Positions 27,975-37,187 of a stretch of 64,000 nucleotides of DNA are shown one piece after another. The first letter of the stretch is position 1, and each line of letters starts with the position of its first letter. The position numbers were made by a program, and so were the translations under genes. Origin of the DNA: Minisyncoccota bacterium (GTDB lineage: Bacteria > Patescibacteriota > Minisyncoccia > Phycocordibacterales > UBA2100); assembly GCA_035708165.1 (NCBI GenBank), contig DASSSZ010000001.1:89772-153771 (forward strand). Direction: 5' to 3'. A model generated the notes under the pieces. It did not search any database and had not been told where the DNA came from. It saw only the letters and a list, made by a program, of their open reading frames with translations.

Positions 27975-29306
27975 ATGACTCACATGCTTTCACAACTGCG
28001 CATCTTCGTTCCTTTTGCAACCGCAACTGCCATTCTGGCAGTCGGCCTCCTTTTCATCCTCCCGCATTCGATCGCATCCGCGTGCGGAAATCCTGGCGGA
28101 TGCAGTCTGACTTCTCCGAGTAGCAACGGGCCGGGCGGAAGCCAATATGACGGACCTCCAATCGGTCCAGCAGGAGGTCTGGCCGCAAATAGCGGCGGGA
28201 CAGGTAGTTTCATGGGTGATTTATATAATATGTCACCATCCGATCCTCAGTGGGGGGTGACCGGAGTTACGTCATCTCACGTTTTGGGCGCTGGAAATAC
28301 TGCCGATGTGGTTGGTTCTACGTGCAGCGGCTGCACCTCTCAAACCTTCTCCTACTCCAACGGCAACGGCACCTACAGCACCATCACCACCTTTTCCCAA
28401 AGCAACATATCAGGCAGCGGCAACCATGGCGGCAACCATGGCGGCACCCCTCCGGGCAGCGGGAGCTGTCCTGTCGGGACGACGCGCCAATCGAATGGCT
28501 CGTGCGTGCCGACTTTGCCAGGAGGTGGTACCCCGGTTCCAGGCAGCTGCCCAGCAGGCACGACCCTGCAATCGAACGGGACCTGCGTGCCGACCACCCC
28601 GAATTCATTCTGCTTCTTCGGCTACACTCTGACCGGGCAGCCATGCGATCCCGGCGTTACGAAGCCTCCCGTCTGTCCTCTCGGCTACACGATGCTCCCG
28701 AACGGTTCGTGTCAGCCAGCGGAATGGGGGACGTGCCAGATCAATTACTCGCTCCTCAATGGCTCCTGCGTACCGCCGGTCGGCGGATCTCCCAAGCCGC
28801 CATCATGCCCTTCGAACGAGACGCTCCAGCCGGACGGCACATGCATCCCATATCAGGGCGCAACGTGCAGCGCGCTCACCATCGGGCAGAACGGCGGGTA
28901 TTGCCCCACGGGCACTTATCCGTACCTCGGCCACTGCTATCCGCAGAATCAGTGCCGGACTGGCAGCACGAATCACAACTTCAATGCGGTCACGTGCTAC
29001 GGCATGCCCGTCCTCAGCTGCACCGGGGGGACACAGACGGCTCCCGCAAAGCCGGCCGTATCGATCAGCGCCAAGCCTGCTCTCGTCCGCACGGGCGAAT
29101 CCACGACCCTTTCGTGGAACGGCATCAACGCGGCAGAGTGCACGATCTCCGGCACTGATGGATTCCTCTCGCACGAGATCGCCGGGACAGCGACCATCAA
29201 CGATGTTACTGACCGTCGTGTCTATACCATCACGTGCGACAACGGCGGCCCGTCCGTCTCAGCCTCGACGACCGTGAGCATCCTGCCGGTCTGGCAAGAG
29301 ATCTAG
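27975..29306 (+). CDS. Secreted/cell-surface cysteine-rich tandem-repeat protein with C-terminal Ig-like domain
   Basis: Signal-anchor LRIFVPFATATAILAVGLLFIL. It has about 7 tandem CPxGTT(L/R)QSNGxC(V/I)P two-Cys repeats and GNHGGNHGG. The C-terminal ~90 aa are beta-rich. Confidence 0.55.
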   Translation: MTHMLSQLRIFVPFATATAILAVGLLFILPHSIASACGNPGGCSLTSPSSNGPGGSQYDGPPIGPAGGLAANSGGTGSFMGDLYNMSPSDPQWGVTGVTSSHVLGAGNTADVVGSTCSGCTSQTFSYSNGNGTYSTITTFSQSNISGSGNHGGNHGGTPPGSGSCPVGTTRQSNGSCVPTLPGGGTPVPGSCPAGTTLQSNGTCVPTTPNSFCFFGYTLTGQPCDPGVTKPPVCPLGYTMLPNGSCQPAEWGTCQINYSLLNGSCVPPVGGSPKPPSCPSNETLQPDGTCIPYQGATCSALTIGQNGGYCPTGTYPYLGHCYPQNQCRTGSTNHNFNAVTCYGMPVLSCTGGTQTAPAKPAVSISAKPALVRTGESTTLSWNGINAAECTISGTDGFLSHEIAGTATINDVTDRRVYTITCDNGGPSVSASTTVSILPVWQEI

Positions 29307-29325
29307 AAGGGCTTCAGTATGAAAA

Positions 29326-29357
29326 GGCCGCGAGTATGCTCGCGGCCTTTCTGCGTT
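29326..29357 (+). terminator. Rho-independent terminator
   Basis: GGCCGCGAG-TATG-CTCGCGGCC followed by TTTCTGCGTT. Confidence 0.7.
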
Positions 29358-29471
29358 CATGGCCATTAATCACAGCCAGTCCTGGTGGTGATCGTGTCGA
29401 TGTTCCTGCCACACGCAAAGGGTGGGGATGCGTGCCCATCTTCCGAAATCCACATGTGCAGGAACTTGCGA

Positions 29472-29526
29472 TTGCAGGATTTTCATTTTGTAGTAAAATT
29501 CGTCACAGTACTGAACCTTGAGGAGG
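29472..29526 (+). promoter_or_regulatory. Canonical sigma70 promoter plus strong Shine-Dalgarno for the thioester-reductase gene
   Basis: TTGCAG, a 16-nt spacer, TAAAAT, then GAGGAGG 4 nt before the ATG. The region is AT-rich. Confidence 0.55.
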
Positions 29527-29530
29527 ACCA

Positions 29531-30679
29531 ATGAGGACGACAGTATTGCTTACCGGCGCTACCGGCGCACTCGGTTCGGTGCTCCTTGAGCGCCTGACCA
29601 GGAAAGGATATCGCGTTATCTGCCCAGTCCGCACCAGCCCGGGCCAGCACCCGAGCGAGCGGATCCGCGGATACCAGCGCGACCAAGTCATTGCGATACG
29701 TGGAGATATTACGGCGAGCCAATGCGGTGTCAGCGAGAGCGATATCGCGCAATGGAAGAACGAGATCGATTCGTTCATCCACAATGCCGCTTCTATCAGC
29801 TTCACGAAACCCGATGAAACCAATCGGACGAATATCGGGGGCGTCGTGAATGCCCTTGAGCTAGCTGAGCGCCTCGGCATCCGCCAATTCAGGCACATCA
29901 GCACTGCGTATATCGCAGGAACTGCCGATGCGTTCACTGAAGACGATCTGCTGATCGGACAGCAGTGGCGGAACGGGTATGAGCATACGAAGTACGTGGG
30001 CGAGACGATGGTGCAAGCCTGGGGATTGAATCATCCTGACTTGCGCTATGAAATCTACCGCCCATCGATCCTCATTGGAGAGAAGGACGGGACCACGCGA
30101 ACGTGGGATGCGTATTTCGGGTACTTCAAGCCGATCGCACAGACCGCACGGACACTTGTGTCTCGTACCACTGGCTTGCCGCCGGGAGCAGGGCGCACGC
30201 ATGATGGGTCTATCGGTCTCCCGATAGCGCTTATCGCTTCTCCCGCTACGACGCTTAATCTGGTACCCATCAGCTGGGCTGCGGATATGATCGCGAGTCG
30301 GATCGGAATGGAGGCGGCGAACAGCCGGTTCCACTTCGTCCATTCGCATCCACCGCGTGTCCAGGATGTCATCAGATGGTCGCTCGAAGCACTCGGTGTT
30401 TCCGGCGTCTCGGTCGTAGGAACTGAACAGGAACGGCATTCGTTCATCGCGCTCCAGCACCCGCTCATCCGGAAGCTTCAGCGGCAGGTTGACCGAATCC
30501 TGAGCCAGTATGCTCCGTATACGACCCACGAGGCTCGCTTCAGCTCCGTGGTGACGTCCCTCAAGATGGGGGATGACTTCCGTGCGCCTCCCGCTATCGA
30601 CCGTGATTACCTGCATCGACTGATGCGGTATGCAACCGATTCGGATTGGGGTGCATTGAAGACAGTGCCGGCAGAATAA
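29531..30679 (+). CDS. SDR-family NAD(P)-binding thioester reductase / fatty acyl-CoA(ACP) reductase-like protein (NAD_binding_4 type)
   Basis: The Rossmann motif LLTGATGALGSVLLERL and the catalytic YEHTK (YxxxK). 382 aa with a C-terminal substrate domain. Confidence 0.65.
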   Translation: MRTTVLLTGATGALGSVLLERLTRKGYRVICPVRTSPGQHPSERIRGYQRDQVIAIRGDITASQCGVSESDIAQWKNEIDSFIHNAASISFTKPDETNRTNIGGVVNALELAERLGIRQFRHISTAYIAGTADAFTEDDLLIGQQWRNGYEHTKYVGETMVQAWGLNHPDLRYEIYRPSILIGEKDGTTRTWDAYFGYFKPIAQTARTLVSRTTGLPPGAGRTHDGSIGLPIALIASPATTLNLVPISWAADMIASRIGMEAANSRFHFVHSHPPRVQDVIRWSLEALGVSGVSVVGTEQERHSFIALQHPLIRKLQRQVDRILSQYAPYTTHEARFSSVVTSLKMGDDFRAPPAIDRDYLHRLMRYATDSDWGALKTVPAE

Positions 30680-30695
30680 GGCACACATCTGAAAA

Positions 30696-30718
30696 GGCGC
30701 GGCTTCCGCGCCTTTTCC
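30696..30718 (+). terminator. Rho-independent terminator
   Basis: GGCGCGG-CTT-CCGCGCC followed by TTTTCC. Confidence 0.7.
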
Positions 30719-30739
30719 ATTTCCTGCTATCATTCATGC

Positions 30740-32380
30740 ATGCTGCTGAGCATGCCGCTCTTCGCTCTTTCCGGCATCTGCATCGCCGCCTCGAGCGGCG
30801 TCATGGCATTCATCATGTTCCTGGTGGGGAGCAGCAAGCTCCATCGGCTCTGGGGGTGTTTCTGCATCTCCGTATTCTTATGGGGCCTCGGCGCCTATTT
30901 CATCGGGACCGCCGCAGGTCCCGAGCAGGCAGATCTCTGGTGGCGCATCGCGCATATCGGCGTCGCTTTCATCCCGACACTCTTCCTCCATTTCACATAC
31001 GCCTTTCTCAGCCTCAAGCGACCGCGTACGCTCATTATTTTCTACTTCATTTCGTTCGCGTTCAGTGTGCTTGCGCTCTTTTCGAACGATCTCATCGCAA
31101 ACATGCGCTTCGTCTTCGGTGAGTTCTATTATGACTCGCCGCCAGGTGTGCTATATCCGCTCTTCACCGCATTCTTCTTCGGCACAACCATCTTCAGCCA
31201 TTTCCTCCTGTACCAGGCATACCGGGATGGCACACTGAGTGAGGCGACCCGATTGCAGCGGGCCCGCATCCGCTATTTCTTCCTGGGGATGCTCATCAGC
31301 TTCGCAGGCGGGAGCCTGAGCTTCCTGCCGGTCTATGGGCTCGATATCTATCCCATCACGAACTTCGCAGTGATCCTGTATCCGATCGTCATCGGGTATG
31401 CCATTCTCAAGCTGCAGCTCTTCGATATCAGGGTCGCGGCAGCACAAGGCCTCACCGTCCTGCTCTGGATTTTCGTCGGCATTCGGCTCGCGCTTTCGAC
31501 CGACACCAGAGAAGCATGGATCAATGGGACGCTGCTTGTGGCGGTCATTTTCCTCGGCATCTTCCTCATCCGCAGTGTGAATAAAGAAATCGAGACACGC
31601 ATCCGGGCACAGAAGCTCGCGAATGATCTCGAGCATGCGAACGAGCGCTTGCGCGAGCTCGATAAGCAGAAGACGGAATTCGTCTCGATCGCCGCGCACC
31701 AGCTGCGCACGCCGATTACTGCCATCAAAGGCTACTCCTCGCTCATCCTCGAAGGCTCGTACGGCAAGCTCACGAAGAAGCTCGCGGAGCCGCTGCAGAC
31801 CATCTACGACTCGAGCGATCGCATGGCCGATACGATCGACGACTTCCTCAATGTCTCGCGTATCGAACTCGGCCGCATGGAGTACCACATGGAGCCGTTC
31901 GATCTCGCGCACGCGGTGGAGCAGACGGTCGATACGTTCCAGCTCACAGCCAAGCAGAAAGGACTCGATCTCACATATATGACGGACGAGTGCGCGCACG
32001 AATCGCACACGGTCAATGCCGATCCGGCCAAGATCCAGCACGTCATCAACAATCTCATCGACAATGCGATCAAGTACACGCTGAAGGGGAGCGTCGCCGT
32101 CCGGCTCTCGTGCGACACTGTCAATCACATGGCGAAAGTCTCGGTCACGGATAGCGGGGCAGGAATCCCGAAGGAAGCGCTCTCGAAGCTCTTCGAAAAG
32201 TTCGTCCGTGCCAAGAACGCGAACAGCGTGAATGTCTCGGGGTCCGGGCTCGGCCTCTACGTGGCGAAGCAGATGATCGTCGCGCATCAGGGCCGGATCT
32301 GGGCCGAATCGGAGGGGGTGGGGAAGGGCGCGACCTTCTCCTTCGAGCTGCCCCTCATGGACGGGAGCGCCACAGCGTGA
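30740..32380 (+). CDS. Sensor histidine kinase with N-terminal 7-TM receptor domain (orphan; no adjacent response regulator)
   Basis: About 280 aa of 7 TM helices, then HisKA (SIAAHQLRTPITAI) and HATPase_c (DNAIKYT...GSGLGL). Confidence 0.8.
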   Translation: MLLSMPLFALSGICIAASSGVMAFIMFLVGSSKLHRLWGCFCISVFLWGLGAYFIGTAAGPEQADLWWRIAHIGVAFIPTLFLHFTYAFLSLKRPRTLIIFYFISFAFSVLALFSNDLIANMRFVFGEFYYDSPPGVLYPLFTAFFFGTTIFSHFLLYQAYRDGTLSEATRLQRARIRYFFLGMLISFAGGSLSFLPVYGLDIYPITNFAVILYPIVIGYAILKLQLFDIRVAAAQGLTVLLWIFVGIRLALSTDTREAWINGTLLVAVIFLGIFLIRSVNKEIETRIRAQKLANDLEHANERLRELDKQKTEFVSIAAHQLRTPITAIKGYSSLILEGSYGKLTKKLAEPLQTIYDSSDRMADTIDDFLNVSRIELGRMEYHMEPFDLAHAVEQTVDTFQLTAKQKGLDLTYMTDECAHESHTVNADPAKIQHVINNLIDNAIKYTLKGSVAVRLSCDTVNHMAKVSVTDSGAGIPKEALSKLFEKFVRAKNANSVNVSGSGLGLYVAKQMIVAHQGRIWAESEGVGKGATFSFELPLMDGSATA

Positions 32381-32415
32381 TTTGAGAAGGCGGCTCAATC
32401 TGGTAACATTTCAAT

Positions 32416-33363
32416 ATGTCAGACGCTAAGAAACGGCTCCTTTCGGGCGTCAAGCCGACCGGCAGGCCGCATATCGGCAATTACTTCGGCGCGATGAAGC
32501 AGTTCGTCGACCTTGCCGGAAGCCACGAGAGCTTCGTCTTCGTCGCGGATTACCATGCGCTCAACTTCGTGCAGGACGGGAGCGAGATGCGCCAGCTCAT
32601 CATCGGCCTCGTGAAGGACTATCTCGCGATCGGGCTCGACCCGGCGCAGGTGACGCTTTTCAAGCAGTCCGACGTGAGCGAGCATGCGGAGCTCGCGTGG
32701 ATCTTCGATACCATCACCACGATGCCGTACCTCATGCGGGCGCATGCATTCAAGGACGCGGAAGCCAAGAGCAAGGAGATCAGCGTCGGCACCTTCAACT
32801 ACCCGATGCTCATGGCGGCCGACATCCTGCTCTATGATGCTGATGCAGTCCCGGTAGGGCAGGACCAGAAGCAGCATATCGAGTATGCGCGCGATACGGC
32901 GGAGAAATTCAACCGCATCTTCGGCGAGACCTTCGCGCTCCCGGAAGAGATCATCCCTGAGGCGGTCGCTACCGTGCCCGGGACCGACGGGCGCAAGATG
33001 AGCAAGAGCTACGGCAACACCATCCCGCTCTTCGGAAGCCGGGAGGAGATCGAGAAGGCCGTGATGGGCATCGTGACTGACTCCGCGGCCGGCCGGCCGG
33101 CGAATGTCTACGCCATCCATGCGCTCCTCAAGCCGCAGGCGGAGCTCGAGTCGCTCTATGCAGCGAACGAGGGGAGTTACAAAGCCCTCAAGGAAGCCCT
33201 GATCGAGGACTTGGACGCATTCATCGCTCCGCTGCGCGAGAAGCGCGATGCGATCTCCGATGAGGAGGCGATCAGCGTGCTCTCGGAAGGTGGCAGGAAA
33301 GCGAAAGCCATCGCATCCGCGAAGATGGCGGACGTCCGCCGGAAGATCGGCGTTACCCTCTAA
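32416..33363 (+). CDS. trpS: Tryptophan--tRNA ligase
   Basis: The HIGN motif (PTGRPHIGNYFG) and KMSKS (KMSKSYGN). 315 aa. Confidence 0.9.
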   Translation: MSDAKKRLLSGVKPTGRPHIGNYFGAMKQFVDLAGSHESFVFVADYHALNFVQDGSEMRQLIIGLVKDYLAIGLDPAQVTLFKQSDVSEHAELAWIFDTITTMPYLMRAHAFKDAEAKSKEISVGTFNYPMLMAADILLYDADAVPVGQDQKQHIEYARDTAEKFNRIFGETFALPEEIIPEAVATVPGTDGRKMSKSYGNTIPLFGSREEIEKAVMGIVTDSAAGRPANVYAIHALLKPQAELESLYAANEGSYKALKEALIEDLDAFIAPLREKRDAISDEEAISVLSEGGRKAKAIASAKMADVRRKIGVTL

Positions 33364-33375
33364 TCCTTTCACACC

Positions 33376-34737
33376 ATGACCCGCACCCTTATCGGCGAGC
33401 TCGCAGCGCATATCGGCGAGGCAGTCAGCATCGAAGGTTCCGTCGATGTCGCGCGCAATCAGGGCAAGATGGCATTCTTCGATTTCCGCGACCGTACCGG
33501 GACGGTGCAGGGCGTCGTCTTCGGCAAGCCGGACGTGCTCGCGATCGCGCAGGCGCTGCGGCAGGAGTGGGTCGTGCGCATCGCGGGAGTGGTGAACGAG
33601 CGTCCGGAGAAGATGCGGCGGGACGTGCCGAACGGGTCCATCGAGCTCGAGATTACGGCGATCGAGGTCCTGGCCGAGGCTGATGCCATGCCATTCGACA
33701 CGGATGCCGAGCTCAATATCGATACGATGATGGATAACCGCCCGCTCACGCTGCGCCGCCCGCGCGAGCGCGCGATCTTCCGCATCCAGGCCGAGATCGT
33801 CCGCGCCTACCGCGACTTCCTCAATGGCGAAGGCTTCACGGAGTTCCAGGCGCCGAAGTTCGTCGGCGATGACGCCGAAGGCGGCGGCAATGTCTTCCGC
33901 GTCGAGTACTTCAAGGACAAGAGCGCCTACCTCGCGACGAGCCCGCAGCTCTATAAGCAGATCATGGTCGGCGTCTTTGAGCGCGTGTTCGCGGTCGGCA
34001 ACGTCTTCCGCGCGGAGAAGCACGCCACCACGCGCCACCTCAACGAGTACACCTCGCTCGATATCGAGATGGGCTTCATCGAGGATCATACGACCGTGAT
34101 GGCGCTCGAGGAGCGCTTCATGCGCTTCCTCGCAGAGAGGCTACGGGAGCGCTGCGCAGCGGACTTCGCCGCCCTGGGTGCCGAGATTCCGCGATTTGCA
34201 GATTCCGAGATTCCGCGATTGAAGCTCCGCGAAGCGCAGGCGCTCATCAGCAAGGAAACGGGCGTGGATTGCACCGCAGAGCCCGATCTCGAGCCGGAGC
34301 ACGAGCGCTGGCTCTGCGAGTGGGCGAAGAAGGAGCACGGAAGCGATTTCGTCTTCATCACGCACTATCCCGTCTCGAAGCGCCCGTTCTACACCTACGA
34401 GGACGAAGCGGATCCCGGCTTCACCAAGAGCTTCGACCTGCTCTTCCGCGGCGTGGAGATCACGACCGGCGGCCAGCGCGAGCACCGGTACGATGAGCTC
34501 ATCAGGAAGCTGGAAGCGAAGGGTCTCAAGCCGGAGAATTTCCAGTTCTACCTCATGGCCTTCAAGTACGGCATGCCGCCGCACGGCGGATGGGGGATGG
34601 GCCTCGAACGCCTGACGCAGAAGCTCATCGGGCTCGACAACGTCAAGGAAGCGACGCTCTTCCCGCGCGATATGAACCGCATCGACGTCCTGCTCTCCAC
34701 GGCGGACGTGCCGGCCGAGTCGGGCGAGACCGATTAG
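33376..34737 (+). CDS. aspS: Aspartate--tRNA ligase, short archaeal/type-2 form (likely non-discriminating)
   Basis: An OB-fold anticodon-binding N-terminus plus class II motifs (FRVEYF, GGWGMGLERL). 453 aa with no GAD insertion. Confidence 0.85.
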   Translation: MTRTLIGELAAHIGEAVSIEGSVDVARNQGKMAFFDFRDRTGTVQGVVFGKPDVLAIAQALRQEWVVRIAGVVNERPEKMRRDVPNGSIELEITAIEVLAEADAMPFDTDAELNIDTMMDNRPLTLRRPRERAIFRIQAEIVRAYRDFLNGEGFTEFQAPKFVGDDAEGGGNVFRVEYFKDKSAYLATSPQLYKQIMVGVFERVFAVGNVFRAEKHATTRHLNEYTSLDIEMGFIEDHTTVMALEERFMRFLAERLRERCAADFAALGAEIPRFADSEIPRLKLREAQALISKETGVDCTAEPDLEPEHERWLCEWAKKEHGSDFVFITHYPVSKRPFYTYEDEADPGFTKSFDLLFRGVEITTGGQREHRYDELIRKLEAKGLKPENFQFYLMAFKYGMPPHGGWGMGLERLTQKLIGLDNVKEATLFPRDMNRIDVLLSTADVPAESGETD

Positions 34738-34780
34738 CCGCGCGTGACGCCCCGCACGCAGCACGCGGTATACTAAGCGC

Positions 34781-35500
34781 ATGGCCGCCGCATTCAGCGT
34801 CCGCACCAGGAGCTACGAAGGCCCGCTCGATCTCCTCCTCACCCTCATCCAGGAGCGGAAGCTCTACATCAACGAGATCGCGCTCGCGGCAGTGACCGAT
34901 GCGTACCTCTCGTATCTCAGCGAGCACACTGAGCACCCGATGGCGGAGACGGCTGAGTTCGTCGCTATTGCCGCGACGCTCCTCCTCATCAAGTCGCGCT
35001 CGCTCCTGCCGTCGATGCAGCTCACCGAGGACGAGGAACAGGATATTTCCGAACTCGAGCGGCGGCTCCGCCTCTACCGCATCTTCCGGAGCGCGAGCCG
35101 CGCGCTCGGACGGCGGTTCAACGCGGCGCCGCTCCTGCCGTCCCGCTACCGGCCGCTCGAGCCGATCCGCTTCCGGCCGGGCGATGCCACCCTTGAGGCG
35201 CTGCACGCGGCAGCGCGCTCGCTCCTCGAGACGCTGCCCTCGGCTGCATTCCGGCCGGAAGTCCGGATCGCGGCGACGATGAGCATCGAGGAAGCCGTCG
35301 AGAAGCTCCAGGAGCGTATCCGCAGGACTGCGCGGATGCTCTTCAGCGAGATCCGGGCGGGCGGCAGCAAGGCCGATGTCATCGTGCATTTCCTCGCCCT
35401 CCTCGAGCTCATCAAAGGCGGCATCGTATCCGCAGAGCAGCAGGGGACGTTCGATGATATCGTGGTCGTTACTGATACGATAGAGACGCCATCCTATTGA
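34781..35500 (+). CDS. scpA: Segregation and condensation protein A
   Basis: The GPLDLLLTLIQERKLYINEIAL ScpA signature. TATACT is 6 nt upstream. Confidence 0.8.
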   Translation: MAAAFSVRTRSYEGPLDLLLTLIQERKLYINEIALAAVTDAYLSYLSEHTEHPMAETAEFVAIAATLLLIKSRSLLPSMQLTEDEEQDISELERRLRLYRIFRSASRALGRRFNAAPLLPSRYRPLEPIRFRPGDATLEALHAAARSLLETLPSAAFRPEVRIAATMSIEEAVEKLQERIRRTARMLFSEIRAGGSKADVIVHFLALLELIKGGIVSAEQQGTFDDIVVVTDTIETPSY

Positions 35501-35501
35501 T

Positions 35502-36191
35502 ATGCCGATCCATCCCAACACGACCCAGCTCCTGCCCGATGCGCCGCTCGATGCGCGTATCGAGGCGCTCCTCTTCGCGACCGGGAGCGCCATCAGCCGG
35601 GCCGCGCTCGCACGGCAGCTCGGCTGCGACACTGCCACCCTCGACGCGGCACTCGAAGCGCTCGTAGCGCGGCTTGCGGGAACCGGGCTCGCCCTCATCG
35701 AGACGGAGCGCGCTGTCTCGCTCGCCACGGCACCTGCCGTCGCGGATACGCTCGCGAGCATGCGCCGCTCGCAATTCGACGGCGATCTCGGCCAGGCCGG
35801 GCTCGAGGTGCTCGCGATCATCCTCTACCGGCAGCCAGCGACTCGTGCGGCCATCGATTACATCCGCGGCGTCAATTCCGCGGCTACGATCCGCGCACTT
35901 ACCATGCGCGGCCTGATCGAGCGTGCGGCAGGGAAGGGGAGCGACGATTCCGCGACCTACCGGGTCACGCCGGCGGCGCTCGCGCACCTCGGTGTCATGC
36001 ACGAGAGCGACATTCCCGAGTACGCGGCCGTCCGCGCCGAGCTCGATGCGTTCGAAGCGCGAGCCGAGCGCGCGACGGACGGCGAGCCGGAATCGGATGC
36101 GCCGGAGGGCGAGGATGGGAAGACAGGCGCGGGCGAGGATGCTACCATGCCAGGGTCTCATGCCGCCGATCCTGCCGACACCGCCGCGTAA
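35502..36191 (+). CDS. scpB: Segregation and condensation protein B
   Basis: The EALLFATGSAISRAALARQLG winged-helix ScpB signature. It directly follows scpA. Confidence 0.8.
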   Translation: MPIHPNTTQLLPDAPLDARIEALLFATGSAISRAALARQLGCDTATLDAALEALVARLAGTGLALIETERAVSLATAPAVADTLASMRRSQFDGDLGQAGLEVLAIILYRQPATRAAIDYIRGVNSAATIRALTMRGLIERAAGKGSDDSATYRVTPAALAHLGVMHESDIPEYAAVRAELDAFEARAERATDGEPESDAPEGEDGKTGAGEDATMPGSHAADPADTAA

Positions 36192-37143
36192 GCCCTCGAG
36201 GGGCCCGGTCATTGCCGGGCTCGCTCTCGCGTTGCTCGTGTGCGGCGGCGCGATCGGCGCGGCCGGCCTCTTCGCGAGCGTCAGCTCGCATGGCCGCGCG
36301 CAAGTCGCCGCGGCAGCCGCTGCCGTGCCCGCGAACGACCCCTTTGCGGATATCTCGCTTACGGCGAAGTCGGCGTTCGTCTACGACGTGAAGACGGGGC
36401 AGATCCTCTATGCGAAGAACGCGGAGACCCCGATGGCGCTCGCCTCGGTGACGAAGGTGATGATGGCGATCGTGGCCGAGGAAGAGCTCGGTCCGGACGC
36501 GACCGTGACCATCACCGATTCAGCGATCGCCCAGGACGGGGATAGCGGCCTCTTCGCCGGGGAGCAGTGGCGCATGGAGGATCTGCTCCACTTCACGCTC
36601 ATCATGTCGAGCAACGACGGCGCCGAAGCGCTCGCCGAAGCTGCCGCAAAGAAGATCGAGGCGCAGTTCCCTGAGGCGCCGCGGGATACCCCGGCCGCAG
36701 CAGCGATCTGGATGATGAACCGGAAGGCCAAGGAGCTCGGGCTCACGCAGACCTTCTATGTGGATAGCAACGGGCTCGACGTCAGCACCTCGATGGCGGG
36801 CGCCTACGGCTCCGCCCGCGATATCGCCGTCCTCTTCGCCTACGCGATCGCGCACGATGCAAGCGCGTTCGAGAACACGACGAACCAGACGGAGACATTC
36901 ACGAGCCTCTCCGGCTACACGCATACCGCGTACGCGACCAACGAATCCATCGGGGATATCCCCGGCCTTATCGCAGGGAAGACCGGCTTCACGGACCTCG
37001 CCGGCGGGAACCTCGTGATCGCGTTCGATTCCTCGATCGGCCATCCCGTCGTCGTAGTGGCGCTCGGCTCGACGGAAGACGGCCGTTTCAGCGATGTGGA
37101 GGCGCTCGCGAAGGCCGCCCGGGAGGAGATCGCGCAGGAATAA
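36160..37143 (+). CDS. D-alanyl-D-alanine carboxypeptidase (S11 family, DacA-like) with N-terminal membrane anchor
   Basis: The SxxK (SVTKVM), SxN (SSN) and KTG motifs. It overlaps the scpB 3' end by about 30 nt. Confidence 0.7.
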   Translation: MPPILPTPPRKPSRGPVIAGLALALLVCGGAIGAAGLFASVSSHGRAQVAAAAAAVPANDPFADISLTAKSAFVYDVKTGQILYAKNAETPMALASVTKVMMAIVAEEELGPDATVTITDSAIAQDGDSGLFAGEQWRMEDLLHFTLIMSSNDGAEALAEAAAKKIEAQFPEAPRDTPAAAAIWMMNRKAKELGLTQTFYVDSNGLDVSTSMAGAYGSARDIAVLFAYAIAHDASAFENTTNQTETFTSLSGYTHTAYATNESIGDIPGLIAGKTGFTDLAGGNLVIAFDSSIGHPVVVVALGSTEDGRFSDVEALAKAAREEIAQE

Positions 37144-37187
37144 TACGGGCAGGGCGGCGCCAGGGAGCGTGCTATACTGCTGCCAAT

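Noticed and set aside
32419-34089. 556-aa minus-strand ORF
   Set aside because: It is antisense to trpS and aspS. Shadow ORF.
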